From positions 248,001 to 312,000 of the forward strand of contig QPGO01000007.1 in the NCBI GenBank assembly GCA_008632985.1: a DNA stretch of 64,000 nt. Reading direction: 5' to 3'. This document shows, piece by piece, positions 58,601-64,000 of the stretch. The notes beneath the pieces were generated by a model. It searched no databases, was not told the DNA's origin, and saw only the letters and a program-made list of their open reading frames with translations. The DNA comes from Psammoneis japonica (lineage: Eukaryota). Position 1 is the first letter of the stretch; every line of letters begins with the position of its first letter. Position numbers and translations under genes: made by a program.

Positions 58601-61600
58601 TTGAAGTGTTGATTGAACCTTCAACTAACCCACCGGTTGGGTGGGCCTGCGCGAATCAAGCAAGTCAACAAATTTGTGAGGAGTTTCATTTGACGTTGTC
58701 GACGATTGTGGAACACAGTCACAACATCTCACCTGCTGAAAAGGAGCTGCTACATTGGCACTTTCGTCTCAGGCATCTGAGCTTTCAAAAGGTGCAATTT
58801 TTGATGCATGCAGGAGTTCCACCCCACTCCGAGGGCACCTGTCCTTTGCATGAACACGCTTGTCGTATCGATCGTCTGCCCCTTTGTGCCGCATGCCAAC
58901 ATGGAAAACAAAAACGCCGTCCTGGCCCCAGAAAGACTTCTCGTGTCGTCAAAGATCAAGCTGGTGCCTTGAAGAAGGACCAACCATTCCCCGGTCAACG
59001 AGTTTCGGTTGATCATTTTGTTTGCTCCACTCGTGGTCGTCTGAAACATGCTTTTGGAAAGGAGAGCATGTGACATCAGTGTTCGGGCAGAGCAATCTTT
59101 GTGGATCATGCATCCGGTCACATCAACGTTCAACATCGAACTCACCTTAACACCAATGAAACTTTGACGGCCAAGAACGCGTTTGAGGCCCATTGTCGCG
59201 ATTGTGGCATTGTTCCCCAAGAACATCTGAGCGACAATGGAAAGGCGTTCACGTCGGCCAATTTCAGGGTTCACTTGGAATCTTTTGCTCAAGTTTCAAA
59301 GCATGCCGGTGTGGGAGCTCACCATCACAATGGGGTTTGTGAACAAGCAATGCACACTGCGATGTCGATTGCGAGAAGTGTGATGTTGCACGCGGCGATC
59401 CATTGGCCTGATGTTGCGGACGCTGCTCTTTGGCCTTTGGCTGTGGACCACGCTGTTGTGCTTTGCAACGCGATGCCAGACCCATCTGCGGGTCTAAGTC
59501 CACAGGATGTGTTCACCCAGACGCGCAATCCTCACTCTCGGTTCCAGGATTGTCATGTTTGGGGGTGCCCTGTTTACGTTCTTGACAAAGCCCTCGCCGA
59601 TGGAAAGAAACTGCCAAAGTGGAAACCCCGCGCGAGTCGGCATGTCCATGTGGGACTCAGCCCCGAGCATGCCTCGTCAGTCCCGCCAGTCTTGAGTCTT
59701 GAAACGGGAGCCATCACTCCACAATTCCATGTCGTTTTTGATGATTGGTTTGCGACGGTTCCTGCTGATGCTAGCTTGTCACCTGCCATGGGGTCTCCGG
59801 AATGGACGTCTCTTTTCAGAGACAGTGTGTGTCAACACACCATGGATGATGAAGAGCAGGCTGATGTCGACATCCGTCAAGAACACCCAGAATGTGAGCG
59901 CCGATCCGAGGAAATCCGCGAAACCGTCACCCGCCGGTCGCCTCCCAAACCCTTGCAGGTCCCTCCTCCAGCTGCTCAGGCACCAGTGTCTTCTCCCGAG
60001 GCCCCCTCGAGTCCCATTGTGGAACCCCCGGTCCCTGAGGTGGAGTCTGTGCCTCCATTAGAGTCTCCTGCTGAACCCGTGGCTTCAGACTCGCCTCAGA
60101 GGGAGAGAGCACCCGCTGCCAACTCAAATGCCCCACCAAGTCCTCAGAGGGAGCCTCCTGCCCCTCGAAGTCTTTCTTTGGATCTCGGTCAAGAGAGGGA
60201 GTCACCACCTGTGGCTCCACCCAGCGCACAACGCCCCTCTCCAACCCCAGTTCATCGCTCAACCCGGACTCGCGCTGCGCCCCAGCGGTTTGGACATGAT
60301 GGATCTCAGGGACACGGACACTTGTCTCACTTCGTTGATTTCCATTGTGCACACAAGTTTGACCGCAGTTGCAACACATCCATGACTGCTCCTGCCGCAC
60401 ACAAGGCGTTGGCACGCAAAGTCAAGGATCCAGGTGCGCCATCCTGGGACGAGGCCATGCGCTCTTCCGATCGCAACAAGTGGTTAAAAGTGGCTGAGAT
60501 CGAGGAACGTGGGTCAAGGTGCCTGCATCCGATGCTCAAACCAAGATCCTTCCCGGCACTTGGGTGTTTCATCGCAAGCAATCACCTTCAGGCGAGATCA
60601 AGAAATGCAAGGCTCGCTGCTGTTGTCGCGGCAAATCTGCAGGAAGGAAGTCTGTTTGACACTCATGCACCGGTTGTAGCCTGGAGTGCGGTTCAAGCAT
60701 TTTTGGCATTGAGTCTCATTCTTGGATGGCATGCGGCATCCGCCGATTTCCAGTCCGCATTCGTTCAAGCAGTGCTTCCTGCGGAAGAACCAGTTTGGGC
60801 TCATCTTCCACGAGGTTTCAGCTCGATGAAAGGACCCAAGACTTGTCTTGAGCTCGTCAAGAGTCTCTGTGGACTCTCTTCGGCTCCAAAGTTGTGGCAC
60901 GAACATTGTCTGCAAGCCTTCTTGGACTTGGGTTTCATCCAAAGCGAGTGCGACCAATGTCTCCTGCTTTGCCATGATTGCACGGTCTGCCTGCATGCCA
61001 ACGATTGCGGGATCAGTGCAGCGCAGGAGTCCACCATTGATCAGTTGACATTTCAGCTGCGCGAGAAAGGATTTGAATTGACAAAGGAGGGCAGTTTTGC
61101 CGAGTTCTTGGGTGTCAAGTTCGAAAGGAGAGACGACGGCACTGTCAAGTTGACGCAGAAAGGGTTGATTGACAAGATCCTGTCAGCTGCCGGCTTGGTT
61201 GACAGCAAACCAAACTTGCTCCCTGCGGCGTCCCAAGCCCTTGGCACTGATGCGGACGGAGATCCCATGCAGGAGGACTGGAGCTGTCCCTCCGTCATTG
61301 GAATGCTCCTGTGCTTGTCCACCAATGCCCGTCCTGACATTTCCCTCGCCGTCAGTCAGGTTGCATGCTTCAATTCCAACCCGAACAGTCGCGCGCCACT
61401 GCCGTCAAGACTCTGGTCTGCTGCCTGAAAAGGACGCGTGATCAGGGGATGCTGCTGTCTCCAACCAGTCGTTTGGATCTTGATTTATGGGTTGATGCCG
61501 ATTTTGCTGGTCTCTGTTGCTGCAAAGTGGACTCTGATCCGAATTCTGTGAGGTCATGCACCGGATGCATCACAACTCTCAGTGGATGTCCTTTGGTGTG

Positions 61601-61980
61601 GAAATCGCAGCTCCAGTCGGCTGTTTCCTGCTCCACCCTTGAAGCCGAGTGTCAAGCCGCCTCCTGTGCTCTTTGGACTCTCCCACCTTGAAGAACCTGC
61701 TTCTTGAGATCGTCTTCACCTCAGACATCTCCCAAGATCTCAGGACTTCGGTTCGTGCGCGCATGTTCGAAGACAATCAAGGCGCTCACTGCCTGGCTGC
61801 CAACCACCGCATCACCAATCGCACCAAGCATTTTCTCGTCAAGTGGCATTGGTTCTGGTTGCATTGTGATGAGTTTAATGCGATTAAGGTGGAATCGGCG
61901 GAGCAACTCGCCGATCATCTTACCAAGCCTTTGACTCGAGAGCTCTTCCAGAACAACTGGTTGAAGGTCCAAGGGTGGTG
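55635..61980 (+). pseudogene. Degenerate gag-pol polyprotein with frameshifts and Tyr-to-Cys/His substitutions
   Basis: CNNCGKLGHWARDC; protease IWDSGAS; WHFRLRH...CAAC; integrase VSVDH, SDNG, NGVCE; VWGCPVYVLD; RT KSLCGL and CLHAND; RNase H VDADFAG, FEDNQGA, QLADHLTK. Confidence 0.93.
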
Positions 61981-62118
61981 GCACTTTGGAAGCATCGCTT
62001 CCTTTGTTTGTTGCATGTTGTGGCTCGGTCAAGATGCAGGAGCTTTGCTCTGAACTTGCACCAATTGTGTGAGCTTTCTCGTTTGCGATTTTCTTGTTGG
62101 TTGCTGGAATCTGTGAAT

Positions 62119-62127
62119 GAGAGGGAG
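62119..62127 (+). other. Polypurine tract
   Basis: gagagggag immediately 5' of the 3' LTR. Confidence 0.8.
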
Positions 62128-62599
62128 AGTCGTGGTTCATCTGTCCACCGACCCAGATTCTCTGTTGTGTCTGTGCTTCCGTCAGTCGGAATTCTTGTTG
62201 AAATTCTTTTTGCGCCACGTCGACTTGATTCTCAAGCCGAATGCTTTGGGGATCACAGGTGGTGCTTTGGAGATCACAGGCTTTGCACAGATGTTGGACC
62301 AACCATAGATTGGTTCAGCAGCATTTGGATGATTGTTGTGAATGTGGTTGACCCTGAAGTTTGTGCCAGTCTCCAGTGCAAACCTGCGGATCAACCTCTG
62401 TTTGGGTGCATTCAGCAGATTCAGTCTAAACAGCTTGCAATTTGGTCATTGGCACTTTTGTGAAAGACCAAATGCTCGTTGCTGCTCGTCAGTAGATTCC
62501 ATCTGCTTGTGTTCTGTCTGAGGTGTCGATCTGGAGTGGACATCCAGTCGACACGTTAGGAAGGCACTCGGAGCTTGCGCGGACACGCGAGCTTCGACT
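62128..62599 (+). repeat. 3' LTR (472 bp), termini AGTCG...CGACT
   Basis: Direct repeat of 54835-55298 with an 8 bp indel and many transitions. Confidence 0.93.
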
Positions 62600-63758
62600 C
62601 ACCTTTGTAAATGCGATCTTCTCGATTGTTCAGACAAGCAGTCATCCATTCCTCCCATTGGTCCCCCTTAACATGAAGCTTCGACAGACTTTCGAAATCC
62701 TCTTCCTGTGCATCGAAGTGCATGAGAGAAGCAGATTGTCGTCCAACGCCATTTTCAAGGGCGCTCAAATTAGCGAAGCGGATGCATGTCCTTGTCGTGT
62801 CGGAACAATGGAGTCCACCCCCAAAGTCGCCAATGGGTTGGAATCGATTCGCAATGATCCCGAACTCGATGAGATTCTTCATCGATGCAGTGTCTGCCCC
62901 ATGAAACAAGCGTCGGTGGCCTGGGGGGACAGGTCGTGTGGCGAGCCATCGTTCAACATGCGTGAGAAGCTCTTGGACGTAGTTTGGTTCATTGTGAGTG
63001 AATTCTTTTTGGGCATCCTCAAAGGATGTGGCGATGCATTGAAGCGAGACGTCATGAAAGTTGCTCATGGGCTTCTCATTGCTTGCTTCATCGTCGTCTT
63101 CTGCTGCTGCAACACAAGCACGGCGGCGTCCTGCATTGATCACAATCCATTTCTTCGCAACATTGGCAATGACAATGCAACCATCAAAGCACTCCTTGTG
63201 ATCATCTGCCAGCCAAAAGAGATCAAGAGTTGCCCAGTTTCTCCTGAAGCCCCATGCAAGAAGACACTCAGATGGCATCAGTTCAGGTTTCAAGCTTGAC
63301 AACGAAATCCGTTTCAATGCCAACTTCGACAAGGCAATTTGGGAAAACATTTTGCTGCCACGACACAGAATCTTGCATCCGCCAAATGCTGTTTCCAATT
63401 TTCCTGGTCCATTGACAACAAAATTTGATGTGCCAGATGAAAAGGAGTTGCTGAGAGGGGAAAGGACGGGACGCGAAGGGGAAGGGACTGAAGGGACTGA
63501 TGCAACAGTCATGTTGTTCGGGGTTGAGACCATGGTGCAGACGCACACGCACGTGTGGCGGCCACTCTCCATCGTGAGTCCATGCGTCGACCGCACACTC
63601 TCGGAGATGTCAGGCGGACGATGCACCAGGGTCGTATGCAGAAGATTTGTCACGCTGCTCTTGCGGATTTGGCTCAACGCTCTACAGAGCTTTCTACACA
63701 ACACATGCCTGAAAATGTGCCGATCTGACGATGATCGATTTTGCCGTCCCATCAACAC
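62600..63758 (-). pseudogene. 5' part of a DUF3990-like (ADP-ribosyltransferase fold) gene, TpA-depleted and split by the Copia element; true start uncertain
   Basis: RLFHGAD...GI...DFGGGLHCS, resembling the LYHG(T/S)...DFGxGFYxT pattern. Confidence 0.6.
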
Positions 63759-64000
63759 CCAATGTCATGCACGGTCCAGTGCTCATTCGGATGCACCCTG
63801 TTGAGCGGAGAAAATTCGCAAATGTTTGATTGATTTGTGTCCCCGAGACTGAACGAGTGCAAAATCTTCACTTTCTCTCTCAGTGCTGACATGCATCGTT
63901 GATCATTGTCATGTGTTCAGCTCCGTTGCACCTTGCAAGTGCACATGTTTCTTTTCAATGTTTCTTTGCAATGGTGTTGTCTTTCTTGCAACTGAACTGT

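Larger units (their letters stand above)
54835..62599 (+). mobile_element. Full-length but inactivated Ty1/Copia (CoDi-like) LTR retrotransposon, 7765 bp
   Basis: Paired LTRs; TSD CACCC/CACCT; PPT; domain order gag zinc knuckle, protease, integrase, RT, RNase H. Confidence 0.97.

Noticed and set aside
55993..61980. Alternative genetic code or codon preference explaining the lack of Tyr
   Set aside because: TA is missing in all frames and in non-coding LTRs, while neighbouring genes use Tyr normally.
54835..62599. ADAR-type RNA editing or RT error as the cause of A>G changes
   Set aside because: T>C and A>G both occur on the same strand, the LTRs differ independently, and an intron-containing DNA duplicate shows the same pattern.
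54200..64000. Classical RIP or CpG deamination alone
   Set aside because: These are C>T processes that create or spare TpA; they explain only the minority CpG changes.

Overview
Eukaryotic, gene-dense window with short GT-AG introns, most likely from a pennate diatom. This is inferred from bipartite plastid-targeting presequences, a diatom-type HSF and a diatom-type (CoDi-like) Ty1/Copia element. About 27 genes are recognisable, including GT25, cathepsin H, MATH plus signal peptidase I, fumarase, ECD/SGT1, PNPase, EMC4, CK2 beta, OAT, a Crinkler-like NTPase-REase, LST8, HSF, SDR, ankyrin, OGFOD1/Tpa1, adenylate kinase, PhzF-like, LAMTOR1-like and AP sigma. Many carry single-base frameshifts that look like assembly errors. 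The genes alternate with four sharply bounded repeat-rich domains (about 4.9-8.3, 24.2-28.0, 42.7-44.7 and 54.2-64.0 kb) in which the dinucleotide TpA is almost absent. A 1.4 kb tandem duplication of the OAT 5' end and the two LTRs of a full-length Copia element show the process directly: TpA becomes CpA or TpG on both strands after the DNA is in place, and CpG decays as well. This looks like a repeat-associated DNA hypermutation system running in the opposite direction to fungal RIP, and it is the main finding. The Copia element has non-canonical AGTCG...CGACT ends and splits a DUF3990-like (ADP-ribosyltransferase-fold) gene. All counts are manual and approximate.
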